64,000 nt of DNA from Eledone cirrhosa (lineage: Eukaryota), in NCBI GenBank assembly GCA_964016885.1, contig OZ024740.1, positions 125,612,001 through 125,676,000 of the forward strand. The letters are read 5' to 3'. How positions within the stretch are numbered: position 1 is the stretch's first letter; the number at the start of each line of letters is the position of its first letter. The notes below the pieces were generated by a model. The model did not search any database, was not told where the DNA came from, and saw only the letters and a list, made by a program, of their open reading frames with translations. This document shows, piece after piece, positions 1 to 12,790 of this stretch. The position numbers and the translations under genes are program-made.

Positions 1-168
1 TTTCCTACATACTGAGCAAGGCCATTTCCCTGAGGGGATCTGGGTTCTGTTTTCTCGTCTACTTATAAGGACCTTAGTCTTTGTCATGTTGACTTTGAGG
101 CCCTTTCTCTCTAGTCCCTGCTTCCAGGTTTGGAATTTATTCTCTAGTTCTACCATAGATTCAGCTAT
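1..168 (-). mobile_element. RTE-clade LINE fragment (end of RT and start of Cys finger), runs off the window edge
   Basis: Minus strand reads [43 protein letters not shown]; closely similar to 47938-48107. Confidence 0.9.
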
Positions 169-910
<742 letters not shown>

Positions 911-1243
911 ATGGCTTAGTGGTTAGAGCATTGGCCTTGCAATCAAAAGGTTGTGAGTTCAATTCTCAGACCGGGTGATGTGTTGTTTCCTTGAGCAAGA
1001 CACTTTATTTCACATTGCTCCAGTTTACTCAGCTGTAGAAATGAGATGATAGGGACTGCGGTCCCTATCATTCCACTGTAAAGTGGTCGTGGAGGTGCCA
1101 CGCTGAAAAAGCACCCAGCACTCACTGTAAATGAGGTTGGTGTTAGGAAGGGCATCCAGCTGTAGAAATCAAGCCAGAATCAGTTCCTGTCCCACCCTTG
1201 CAAGCAGGGAAAAAGCGGACGTAAAATGAAATGAAATGAAATG
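911..1243 (+). mobile_element. tRNA-derived CORE-like SINE with RTE-derived 3' tail
   Basis: A box TGGCTTAGTGG (912), B box GAGTTCAATTC (955), CORE-like CCTTGAGCAAGACACTT..CAGTTTACTCAGCTGTAGAAATG; 1088-1190 matches the RTE 3'UTR near 18858-19008; (GAAAT)n tail. Confidence 0.8.
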
Positions 1244-1262
1244 AATATACATATATATATAC

Positions 1263-1297
<35 letters not shown>

Positions 1298-1298
1298 C

Positions 1299-1343
<45 letters not shown>

Positions 1344-1344
1344 C

Positions 1345-1409
<65 letters not shown>

Positions 1410-1510
1410 CATACATATATATATATATATATACATACATATATATATATATATATTCATACATATATATATATATATATTCATATATATATACATATAT
1501 ATATATACAA

Positions 1511-1559
<49 letters not shown>

Positions 1560-1577
1560 TATATATATATGTTCACT

Positions 1578-1632
<55 letters not shown>
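1244..1632. repeat. (TA)n plus (TG)n microsatellite
   Basis: Direct inspection. Confidence 0.97.
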
Positions 1633-1633
<1 letters not shown>

Positions 1634-1634
<1 letters not shown>

Positions 1635-1825
1635 CATCAACATCATCATTTAACGTCCATCTTCCATACTAGCATGGGTTGGAACGGTTTTGTCGCACTT
1701 GAGGTGAGATTGGTCGGGAGACCGTGTTTTGTCCATATAGAACTGCCTCTGGCAGGTTTTCTACGGCTGGATGCCCTTCCTAACACCAACCATATTTACA
1801 GTGTGGACTGGGGGCCTTTTTTACC
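1634..1825 (-). mobile_element. RTE 3'UTR/tail fragment
   Basis: (CAT)n tail then TTTAACGTCC..CTAGCATGG..GGCTGGATGCC..CTAACACCAACC, shared with 18746 and 26478. Confidence 0.8.
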
Positions 1826-1844
1826 GAAGAAGAGTCCTTAAACA

Positions 1845-2260
1845 TTCCTTCCATCAGGTCCTATAAAAAACCAACCAGCTCCAATTGATCTAGCTGCATC
1901 CCCATGTAAGGCCAGCCGAATTCATAGATGATATCCAACTATCTTGTTGGATCTCTTCCCAGTTGGTTTTGTCCATAAAATCTGCCCAGCAATTCTTTCT
2001 TGAGAAATTTTAACCACATCTCCATCATATCGCAGCTGTAATCTCTCAATTTGGAGAAGTAGTGACTCTGCCTGTTGTGACCTCCACGCTTGGTACTCTG
2101 TTGATTAATGTTACTCCTAACACCATTTAGACGAACCACATTTTGTTTGCTCGTATTTGCAATAGTATTCTTTTGTTCATTACCCAAGATTAATGACCAT
2201 AGGAAAGAGTTGGCATCAATACCAAATTGAAGATAGCGAATTCAAGTTACAACTGAAAAT
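1845..2260 (-). mobile_element. Decayed RTE-like LINE 3' region (second family)
   Basis: Minus strand LQLRYDGDVVKISQERIAGQILWTKPTG; related to 5625-5900 and 43440-44045. Confidence 0.65.
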
Positions 2261-2467
2261 TCTTATGTTTTTATTACACTTGGATTAGTATTGCTCCCTC
2301 TTAATATGGCAAGCAGCACTAATGTTGTTAGGGAATTTATACATTTTTTAAATCTTATATTTGCATATATATAGATGTATGCACACATGCAACCCTTCCA
2401 TAACACTTGCTAGCAGAGGAAGTGTAGGTTAAACCAATGATGTTGTTGATTATATATATATATATAC

Positions 2468-2630
2468 ATGGACACACTAGAAGAGGAAGACCAAGGTTAA
2501 CATATGTTGATGCCCTAAGGACAGACACTGGTCTGTTGGAGATGCAGGATATGGCAGCGATAATGAGGGACAGAGACCGCTGGAGAGAACTCGTCCATGG
2601 ATCTCGGGAATTTTACCCGCCTTAGATAGA
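2468..2630 (+). mobile_element. RTE-like LINE ORF2 C-terminus between TA tracts
   Basis: HGHTRRGRPRLTYVDALRTDTG..MRDRDRWRELV; the RGRP..DR..WR C-terminal motif. Confidence 0.75.
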
Positions 2631-2641
2631 TATATATATAT

Positions 2642-2701
2642 GGGAGAGAGAGGGAGGGAGGGAGAGAGAGAGAGTGAATGAGTGAAAGAGAGAGAGAGAG
2701 T

Positions 2702-2758
<57 letters not shown>

Positions 2759-2790
2759 GGAGAGAAAGAGAGAGAGAGAAAGAGAGAGAG
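2642..2790. repeat. (GA)n microsatellite
   Basis: Direct inspection. Confidence 0.95.
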
Positions 2791-3195
2791 ATTGATTTTG
2801 CTTATGTGTTTGTAAATTATAAAAATATATATTGTTAGATTTTACCTACTCTTTGACAAGAATTGGAATATATAGAAAATTGATTTTGTTGTGCAGACTT
2901 AGTAAATGCTCTTTGAAATATGATTTCCAAAGATGATCTGAATCTCCATTGCAATGTTTCAATTAATATCTTAGAATTGCTTGTCAAAGTTGTTGTAGGA
3001 TTCACTGCTTTATATGAACATCTTTGATGCATCACTTTTCACATTGAAGTTTTATGAAGACTAGCTTTGCTTTTCATCACTGCAAGGTTAAGAAATATAT
3101 ATTATTGTTGTTGTTGCTGCTGTTGCTGTTGTAGTTTTGTTGATGATACGGGGCTGTAAGTTGACAGTCTAAATGTCTTACATTATTTAGTTCTG

Positions 3196-3380
3196 TGGAT
3201 TGGCAGTGTCGGTAGAGGGTCGGACGCCATGCTTTCCAGCATAGTTACGTCCCTTTACGATCTGATTTCAAATCCCGCCAAGGTTGACTTTGCCTTTCAT
3301 CCTTATGGGGTCAGTAAAATAAAGTACCAGTAATGCACTGGGTAATTGCTGGCCTTGTGCCTAAAGTAGAAACAATTATT
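3196..3380 (+). mobile_element. tRNA-derived SINE, family 2
   Basis: GGATTGGCAGT..GGTAGAGGG head, B-box-like TTCAAATCC, central GCCTTTCATCCTT..GGGGTC..AAAATAAAGTACCAG, end GGCCTTGTGCC..AAAGTAGAAACAATTATT; about 10 copies in the window. Confidence 0.85.
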
Positions 3381-3782
3381 TAGTTCTGTTTTCCCTATAT
3401 TCTGAATTCAAAATTTGTTTGGGGCTACTAGGTCTGTTATTCCCACTCCCTCTCCATCATAGAAATAGAGATAGCTTCTATTGATGAGGATTATCCTTCC
3501 GTCAGTTTCGACGATGAGCATTCAGATTTTCAATCAATTGAACGTCCAACCCATGAATTAACATGTAATTTCTTGAGTATTTCACAGACATGTACACAGT
3601 TAACACTTTTCTTAATATATTTTAATGAAAGATATGATTTCAAAATCATTTAAAAAACAATCAAGAATTTTGAACATTCGACTGTAGTCGAACACTGCAC
3701 AGGTATTGAATATGTGGATTGTGCCAAGGCTTGAAAGAAATAACAATCATGTGATTTTTAGTGTTCCAAGGTTAGAAAGAAA

Positions 3783-3970
3783 ATAATTGTTTCTACTTTA
3801 GGCACAAGGCCAGCAATTATCCCAGTTCATTACTGGTACTTTATTTTATCAACCTCATAAAGATCAAAGGCAAAGTTAACCTCGGTGGGATTTAAGTCAG
3901 ACCGTAAAGGGCCGTAACTCTGTGTTGCAAAGCATAGCATCCAACCCTCTACCGGTACTGCCACTCCACT
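3783..3970 (-). mobile_element. SINE family 2 copy
   Basis: Reverse complement of the 3196-3380 pattern. Confidence 0.85.
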
Positions 3971-4059
3971 GCCTATGAAAGAAAATACTGATATATAATT
4001 ATGTATGATTTTGTGTATGCATGTGTACCAGTTGGTTATGTTAACTTATGAAGTCATTT

Positions 4060-4280
4060 GGTGGATTGGTAGTATTGGTAGAGCGACGGACAGCATGCTT
4101 CATGGCATAGAGTTATGGCCATTTACGTTCAAGTGTTCAACTCTTGCCAAGGTTAGCTTTTCTTTTCATCTTAACAGGGTTGATAAAATAAAGTACCACT
4201 AATGAACTGAGGTCAATTTTATCGATTTTCTCCTCCCTCAAAATTGCTGGCTTTGTGCCTAAATCAGAAGCCATTATTTA
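4060..4280 (+). mobile_element. SINE family 2 copy (diverged)
   Basis: Same head, central block and tail. Confidence 0.75.
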
Positions 4281-4797
4281 TTTAAGTTACTAAGTTACCT
4301 GTTAATTAGGGTTCCTCTGTCATTCATTATAGTGTCTCACAATATTGTACATACCGTATGTTCAGTGCCACGAGCCTTAGAGACATACAGGTTTATTTTC
4401 TTTGCCCACTTATTCCTGAGAGGGTCATGGGCATAGACCTCAAACACTCTTTCCAGTGGGTCCTGTCAGAAGCAACCATCTCCATTTGATCCAGCCGGAT
4501 CCCTAAGCAAGACCAGCTGAGCTCATGTATGTTATCCAACCATCTTGCTTGTGGTTTACCTATACTTTTAAAAATATGATTATGTACATCAGGTTGAGTA
4601 AATTCTAGATTCAGTAGATTGGTAAATTGCCTTGTGTATACAGTTATGTTACTTCACACTCTAAATTCGAATTCTGTCAGAGTGGAAATTACCTTTCATC
4701 TATCTAGAGTCGATAAAATAAAGTACCACTCAAATAATGGAGCCAGTTGAATTGAATTACCAATGACAACGACATCCAAAACCTCCACCACCACCTT

Positions 4798-4840
<43 letters not shown>

Positions 4841-5014
4841 AGATTACGTTTGTATGCGATATAACATCTTTCAAACCCTAGCCTTGCTTGAAGTAGCCAG
4901 TTTGGTAATATACCAATATCAGTCTATTAAATTGATCCACTACTTACCATTTCATTACCCTTCTCTAGCAGTTTGTGGTCTTGTATATTTGTACATGATC
5001 CTCCTTGTCCTCCT

Positions 5015-5354
5015 CCTCATCATCATCATGCTGATTTTATATCTGATTTTCATGCTGGCATGGGTTGGACAGGTCATCACTGCCCAAGATTAGTCAGTTT
5101 TAAAAATGTCTTGCTCAAATTTTCTATATTTTGACATGGTTTCTATGGCTTAACACCCACTTCTTTACAGAGTATACTTGGAACATTATATTGTGGCACC
5201 AGCACTACCACATTGCAGAGTGTACTGAGAAAATGTTATCATGGTAACAGTACTGCATTTGCTTAACAAGGAAGAAGGCATCTGTGGTACTTTTCCTTGA
5301 CTCAAATTCAAACTGCATCTCATCTAGTTTAACTTGTTCCTTAATCAGCTGTAC

Positions 5355-5355
<1 letters not shown>
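5015..5355 (-). mobile_element. Internally deleted RTE derivative (RT piece fused to 3' tail)
   Basis: QLIKEQVKLDEMQFEFESRKSTTDAFFLVKQMQ at 5253-5355, joined to an RTE 3'UTR ending in (CAT)n near 5015. Confidence 0.7.
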
Positions 5356-5386
<31 letters not shown>

Positions 5387-5624
5387 GCACATAGAGTGTT
5401 AAACAGTAACAACAACCAGTAGCTTCTACATTGAGCTACTAGAAATATCACTTTAAATCTTCATAAAAAACAGACCTCAGTGCCTTACAAATAGAAAAGA
5501 CACATAGATTATATAGTCGAATTAGCTTCCAAAACAACTATAGGCCCGCTACTTAAGTTTTAAACAGGGCTTAAGCAACAACTAATATTAATATAAGTAT
5601 CAAGAGTTAATCCTACTGATTCCA

Positions 5625-5900
5625 TCCTACATATCTATAGAACCTTACCTTGTGCAAATCTTCTCTGCCTACTTATTCCTGGGAGATTCTTGGAGGCAGA
5701 GTTCTCAAATATGCCTTCCAGATGATCCTGCCGGATCTCCAATTGATCCAGCTGGATCCCAAAGTGAGTCCCAATGAACTCATAGATATCATCTAACCAT
5801 CTTCTTTGGGGTCTACCTTGGGGTCTCCTGTCGGTTGGTTTTGCCCATGAAATCTGTCCAGTGATTCTTTCCTGAGACATTCTAACTACATACTTGTTCA
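5625..5900 (-). mobile_element. RTE-like LINE 3' end (second family)
   Basis: VVRMSQERITGQISWAKPTDRRPQGRPQRRWLDDI; related piece at 4400-4560. Confidence 0.75.
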
Positions 5901-5918
5901 AATGACTTACATTATTTA

Positions 5919-6110
5919 TTGGATTGTCAGTATCATTAGAGAGTCAGATGCCATCCTATGCACCATAGAGTTGCGCCCCTTTACAGTCTGAGCTCAAATC
6001 CCATTGAGGTTAACTTTGCCTTTCATCCTATTGGGGGTATATAAAATAAAGCACCAATAGTGCACTGGCGTAATTGCTGACCTTGTACCAAAAGTAGAAA
6101 CAATTATTTA
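5919..6110 (+). mobile_element. SINE family 2 copy
   Basis: Matches the family pattern. Confidence 0.8.
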
Positions 6111-6258
6111 TTCAATCACATTACATTCTCAATTCAGAATCCTACTACAATCAACTTTCCATGTTGATAAAATAAAGTACTAGTCAAGCACAGTAGTTGA
6201 TAATTTCAAATTTAGCCTGCCCTAAATTTGTGGTCCTATGCCTATTTTAGAAATCATT

Positions 6259-6447
6259 GTGGATTAGCAGTATCGGTAGAGGGTTGGACGCTATGCTTTG
6301 ACGCACAGAGTTACAGCCCTTGCCATTCTGAGTTCGAATCCTGCCGAGGTTAACTTGGCCTTTCATCCTTATGGGATCGATAAAATAAAGTACCAGTAAT
6401 GCACTGTGTAATTGCTGGCCTTGTGCCAAAAAGTAGAAACAATTATT
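6259..6447 (+). mobile_element. SINE family 2 copy (well preserved)
   Basis: GAGTTCGAATCC B box and the full central block. Confidence 0.88.
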
Positions 6448-6879
6448 AATTATTCATTTAATTATGTTTCATGTTAATTCATGACAATTTTTTAAAACAT
6501 AATATTCATAGTTTTAAAAATGTTAAAAAAAATCAATCATCACAACATATATTAAAGACCAGGAAGAATAAAAGGAAAAATATCTAAAAATCTATTTATA
6601 AATATTGGATTTAGGTAAAAAAGATTTAAATGTTATGTCCTTTTGTATTGAATCTAAATATATTTATATATTTGTTAAATTTATTCATATCTTTATTGAC
6701 ATTAACTTTATTCTTATATTTATATTTCAGCATCTTGGTTTATGTTTGTAAATGTTTGTCAAAAATGTCAAATTATTAGACTTGATAAGGAAATAAAAAC
6801 AGTTGTTTATATGACCAGTATTACCAGTCTCTCTGCTTACTTCTCCCTCAATTATATTATTCTCTCTCTACACATATAT

Positions 6880-7300
6880 ATATGAGAATAAACGTGCTGC
6901 GTTGTTGCTAATGGGTTACATATGAATAAAATTTGTCCTTCATCAGTGATCTTCCAACAATCATTGGTATTTCATCGCTTTAAAGACCATATACCTCCGG
7001 TTGGTGCGAGCAACGGCTAAAAAAAGTCGTTGGGACACGTAAATAAAGGGGACACGAGAGTGTAAACAAACAAAGATGGTGAAGCAACGAAAAGTGAGGA
7101 AGAAAGAGTCAAGTCCCAAATTTCCATGAATATAATTTCGGTGAAATCGTGAACGAGAGAGAATAAAGACCATCAAACCTGGTTGGAATGTGAGCAAGGA
7201 AGGAATTCCGTACAGGTCTAACAGTCACTCTCTCTGTAAGATTATATTAATAAAAGGAATTCCAACTTTGTCTGATTTACTCGTTTTATTTATAATCCTT
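6880..7300. repeat. Unclassified dispersed non-coding repeat related to 38825-39457
   Basis: Shared CATCAGTGAT..CCAAC.ATCATTGGTATTTCATCGC..GGTTGGTGCGAGCAA block. Confidence 0.65.
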
Positions 7301-7339
7301 TAAAATGTATAATGGTATTAGAATGAAATAGTATGGTAG

Positions 7340-9461
7340 AATATTAAATGTTAAGTGTTAATTGAACAAGTACTTTCATGCTTTCGCAATCTTCAGGGTC
7401 ATATTTTGTGGTGACAGTCAAGTTTGCAATTTTCATAGTTGAAAATTGCAAACTTGCCAGGTCTTGTTTGCAAGGGTAGTTACATAACGATGCTGGGAAT
7501 GTTTCATTGTGTAACGGTGTGTATACCAACGGGCTTTAAATGTATTCCCAGTCGCTCCGATGTAATACCATTTCTGGTTGTCTGATTCCAATGTGCATTG
7601 GTAAACCAGGTTAGACTGCATACATTCATTATGTAATGGACAGGTTTCAGGTAGGTGGCAGTTACAATTCTTGTCATGGGCAACTTTGGCATTATTGGTG
7701 GGCTGCGATGCCTGTACAAGTGTGTTACGTTTTGTTTGCCTATTAGCGGGTGGTTGTGTATTAGATATTCTGTTGTGTTCGATAGTGATTGTATTGTTAT
7801 TGTTGTAAATTTGTGTTTTGGTGCTGTTATGTATCTTTTTAGCGTTAAGCATCTTAATCTGTGCCTCTATATTTGGTGCCGTGGAGTAAGATAGTCTAAT
7901 AGATTTAGTATTAAGGATTTTGCTGTATCTATGTCAATCTAGAAAGTGCTTATTTATTATTCTAAAGAAGGTAGAGGGTAGGTTAGTACTAATAGAGGTG
8001 TTAAATATGGGGTTATACCAAATATATTTTCTACTGCGTGACTTGTTTGATTTCGATGTTGTATTTCTATTTGCCGTTAACTTTGCAGTTGTATGCGTAA
8101 GTGCGTGTGTGCGTGTGTTACCGGAGTTTGTGTTATGCGTGTTCGTGTGCGCTTCACGGAGGCTTTCTTCTATATATTCTACTCTATCTCAGTGGCCTGC
8201 CTTGTCTAATGCGGTATTGTAGTATTCTGCATGTTCTTCGAAGATTTGTCGGTTAGACGAGAGGCGGGAGATCCTAAGGGATATGCTGCGTGGAATGGAT
8301 TTAATTATGGATAGTGGGTGGTTTGAGTTACAGTTGATGTATGCTAAGTTTTCATTAATCTTGTGAAAAGGTCTTATAAGTCCCGTATTTAGGTTAAGCG
8401 TCGCGTCTAGAAGGTTAACTGTTTTAGTGTTATACTCATACGTTATGCTAAGGCCTAGTTTCCCGAGAGTCTTTCTAATATTCTTACGGAGTCTTTCTAT
8501 GCTCTGGTTATTTAGGTTCTTAACTAGGAGAAGGGCGTCGTCTCTGTAGATTCCACCGTGAAGGTCGCTAAACTCACTTTGTAAACTATGGGCTATGTAA
8601 ATACCTACTAAATCTGTGACTTGAGCCGAGTCGTTAGCCCCCATCGTGATGTCAAAGTTATTTAATCTATCCTTACGTTCCCAATAGGCGTTTTCAAATT
8701 TAATTATTGTTTTCCTAGCAGCTAATATCATTTTATATCGTCGTCTGTTATGTCAGAATTGGCTTTGGCAAATGCTAAGGCTTTATCCAAGGTGTTGGGG
8801 GATATAGATGAGTAATCGTCGTTAATGTCAAATTGTATAAATTTAGATACTTCTTTGTTAGCTATATTGTTAAACCACTTAATTGTTTCGGTAGCGTTAC
8901 CCCATAGTTTAATCACTAGTTTATTCTTCATTTGTGCTATCACTGTCTAATATATGTTTACTAATTTTCCCGATGTCCGATTTGGACGGGCATATAAGTC
9001 TAATTGTGGGGTTATTTTCAAAATTTACCTTGTGGTCCTTGAGATTAAATGTGGGGGTACATGACCTAAGTGGCTCCGCTCTGTTGTCTATTCCTAGGTG
9101 TTTGACTATATTGTGTGCCTCGTTGTTGATGTTTATCAGTGCCGCCTCATTAGTTTTTTTTTGTATTTCCTATGTAATTCCTTCCGTATGAAGCTATTGT
9201 ATGTATTAACATCCATCGTATACACATTTGATGTTTTATCCGCTTTGACAATAATTCCATTGGTGGTTTGCAGCTTTTTTAGGAATGTATTTATGTCATT
9301 CTGGAGTTTATTATTCCTCCGCTTTTTGAATTTGATATTCATAATCATCTTCAGGACGTAATGGTCGCACCGTGGAATACAACAAGGAAACATACGGCTT
9401 CAAATCGTGTAAGAACCCACCTACCAACCCTCAACTGGATGCCTTTGAACAGGACTTACTT
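7340..9461 (-). mobile_element. Penelope-like element, Naiad-type, decayed (RT plus C-terminal GIY-YIG)
   Basis: KADKTSNVY, FIQFDI, FDITMGANDSAQVTDLVG, IYRDDA, SNHP, KYIWYNPIF, CNC..CPL..C..NLVYQC..YYIGAT; frameshifts and stops present. Confidence 0.85.
7363..7401 (-). ncRNA. Minimal hammerhead ribozyme motif (degenerate) in the PLE 3' region
   Basis: Minus: tgacc CTGAAGA t tgc gaaa gca t GAA AGTACT T gttca; palindromic stem III, one stem I mismatch. Confidence 0.55.
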
Positions 9462-11910
9462 TTTATAACCTCATCCCAAGTTTCTCTAGGCCTACCCATT
9501 CCACATATTCCATCGAGTTTGAGCACTCTGCAACTTTTTATGCAGTTGTCATCCTTCATACACATCACATTCCCATACCAATGAAATCTCCTTTCCTGCA
9601 CACTGTATCTGATCTATTTTATGCCTAATTTCTCATGCAGTTTATTTATGCTTTTCCGTTCATGTACCTTATGGTTGCACATCCATCTAAACATGGAAGC
9701 TTCATTTCCTTTCAATCTTCTCAGGTCCTCTCCATGCAGAGCCCAGGTCTTGCAACCATGCAATATTGTTGTTCGAATACATGCATCATACAGTCTGCCT
9801 TTCATTTTGAGGGAAAGACCATTGTAGTTAGCAGTGGTAGTAACTCACTGAACTTTCTCCAACCCATTCCCACTCTGGCTACTGTGCTTTTGAAACAACC
9901 TCCTTCACTGTTAATTTGTTCACCCAGGCAACAAAAGTTATCTGCTAAAACTACAGAGACATCTGGGTGTTTGAAGGAGATTGTATCCTGAGAGCTCTTG
10001 CTACTTACTGCCCGTGTGTACCAACCACATGTAAAATCTGCGTTCTTTGTTAGTCTGCCTGAGATCACTCTACATCTCTTGTTTACCCATAGTTTGCATT
10101 TAGGACATAGGAAGGAATTTCTACCTACTCCTTGTCTACACACTGAGCAAGGCCATTTCTCGAAGGAGGTCTGGACCCTGTTTTCCTATCTACTTACTAG
10201 AACTTTAGTCTTTGCCTAGTTTAATTTAAGACCATTCGATTCTAGGCCATACTTCCAGTTTGGGATTTTTTTCTCTAATTTAGCCATAGATTCAGCTTTA
10301 AGTATTAGGTTATCTGAAAGCAGGAGATCCTATGGACAGCCAGTCTTAAACTCCTCTGTTATAGCCTGCAGGATAATAAGGAATAGAGGAGGGCTAAGAA
10401 CTGAGCCCTGATAGAACCCCACTGCCTGCTAAATTCTTCATTATAGTCATTGTTAATTCTAACCAATCTGACTATTCCTTTATACATGGCTTGTACTGCC
10501 CTCACAAGTTACTTGTCTACCCCTAGTTTTCTAAGTGCCCACCAGATAATGGAACAGGGGATTTTGTCAAAAGCTTTTTCCAGTCCAGGTCCACAAATGC
10601 CAAGTAGAGGGGTTTACCTTTAGCTAGGTAATAATAATAATGATAATAATGAATATATTGTGCACAGTGCTCAGGTGCACTACAACTCATCAAAAGTGTA
10701 TGTATAGTACATGGGGTAATGTACAAACGTCAGGAAAATGAACAGTGCATGAGTCATGATATACACATGTGTGCATGTGTATGGAAGGGGGACATCAGGT
10801 GTAGTTTTGGCGAATTTCGGGAAGCATGAGGGTTTTAAAGGATGCAGTGTCTCGGCAGCTAACAACTGACGCAGGCAGTTTGTTCCATGCTTCAGCAACT
10901 CTAAGTGTGAAAAAATGTTTCCGAAAGTCATGGGAGCTGTGACTTTGTAGGCATGTCCATGTGTACTAGACACATGGAGATCAAAAAGGTGCTCAGGGTT
11001 GTTGTTGGCAAGATGGTTAATAACTTTGTGGGTGTTTACCAAGTCCATTGCCAGACGTCGGAGCTTCAATGAATCCATGCCCAAGGAAGCAAGGCGTTCA
11101 GAGTATGGTAGGTGTCTGATGGAGGGTATGCGCTTGGCTGCACGTCTCTGAACAGTTTCCAGGATGTCAATGTTTTGAGCAAGATAAGGGTTCCAGACTG
11201 ATGATGCGAATTCCAAGTGTGGTCGTACCATAGCTGTATACAGCTTTAAATAGATGCCTGGAGAGCGGCTAACAAAGGTCTTGCTGAGTGATGCCAAAAC
11301 ACCCTCGGGCTTCTTGACAATTTTAGAGATGTGCTTTGTCCAACGCAAATTGCTGCTGACAGTAATGCCCAGGTCACGTTCACAAGAGGACTTCTTGATA
11401 TCAGTGTTGTGGAGGGAGTATGTGGACGCTGGATGTTTCCTCCCAAAATGCATGGTGGTACACTTATCCACAGCCAGCTTCAGTTGCCAGTCTGTGATTA
11501 ATTGCTGCATTGTGTCCAGGTCTGATTGTAGGAAAGGGTTATAGATTTCACGGTCTGTCCTTTTGATTTCAAGGTACAGCTTGATGTCATCTGCATATTT
11601 TAGTACTGTGGCATTCTTTAAGTTGGCATCTATGTCATTAATGTATGCAACAAACAAAAGGGGACAAAAGAACAGATCCCTGTGGTACACCAGATGACAT
11701 CTCATATGGTGAAGAATACTGTCCTAGAACCGTGACTACCTCTTTTCGGCTGAGAATGAAGGATTTCAACCAGTTAAAAAGTTCATCCTTCACACCCAGG
11801 TACTTTTCCTGCATTTGCTTAACAAGGAAGAGGGCATCTGTGGTACTTTTTCCTGGCTCAAATGCAAACTGCATTTCATCTAGTTTAAGTTGTTTCTAAT
11901 CAGCTGTGCT
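9462..11910 (-). mobile_element. RTE LINE (RT to C-terminus), decayed, interrupted by a CR1-type LINE
   Basis: MQFAFEPGKSTTDALFLVKQMQEKYL | LAKGKPLYLAFVDL..QGSVLSPLLF..CPKCKLWVNKRC..GRLYDACIRT. Confidence 0.9.
10631..11797 (-). mobile_element. CR1/L2-group LINE, 5' truncated, with (TTA)n tail
   Basis: SSGVPQGSVL, YINDI..KYADDIKLY, ERDLGI, VRPHLEFASSVWNPY, LETVQRRAAKRI; AGGTA duplicated at 10626-10630 and 11798-11802. Confidence 0.9.
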
Positions 11911-12319
11911 ACACACACACACACACACACACATGCATGTACTCTATTTCTCTCTCTGGTTTATTATAATCTCTCAAGAAAATCATAATGGTTTGTAGGT
12001 CAGAATTGCCCTAAAAAATTGTATATATTAAGAATATTCCTATTCATAATTGCTATGGGAGTCGTTTTCTTGCAATGTGATTAAACTAGATGTCGGTAAA
12101 CAAAATGGATATTATAGCTATGTCAAACAGGTTTGCATTTTCATTCCTTCATACTTCATTTCTTCACTTTTTCTTCTTACCTTCTTTGCTTCATTAATAT
12201 CTTACTTATGGTTATGTTTCATATTTGAGTAAATCTGTGTTAAATGCGTGTGGGTAGCTATTGAGTGGATGTTTTACTCTAATAAATGCTTAATTATGTT
12301 TTTCAAAATCAATAAACAA

Positions 12320-12790
12320 TAATTGAATATTAATTCTTCTCTTCTTGTACACCTATTCTTGGGTCCTTCCATCACTCTTTTCTCCTCCCCCCCCTCTTCC
12401 TCCTCCCTCCCTTCTTTGCTCATACTTTATCTTTTCTGTTTTCCAGTCCTCTCATTTTCACCTCCATTCAATTTTCCCTTCCCCTTCCAAATCACTCTTC
12501 TTTTTGTCTCTCTTTTCATTGGTTTTTTCTCTCTTTTAATAATCACTTTCTTAGCTCCTATCTTGTTTTCCATTATTCCTCTCTCCATCCTCCCTCTTAT
12601 TATTCATTGTTTTCCTTCTTCACTCAATCCTTCTCCCTCTCCCGTTCCTCCACTTTTTGTGTTTTATTTAATAGTGTCTGATTAATGTTCATCAGAGAGG
12701 AGAGAGCAATAGGGAGAATGAGATAGAAATATGGAAGAGAGAGATGGGGAGGTGTATAATGAGGGAAGAAGAAAACAGGAAGAGAAAGCT
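12320..12790. repeat. CT-rich then GA-rich low-complexity region
   Basis: Direct inspection. Confidence 0.8.

Noticed and set aside
911-975. tRNA gene
   Set aside because: No acceptor stem pairing, and it continues into a SINE body and tail
12323-12685. Hydrophobic membrane-protein-like ORF
   Set aside because: Product of CT-rich low complexity
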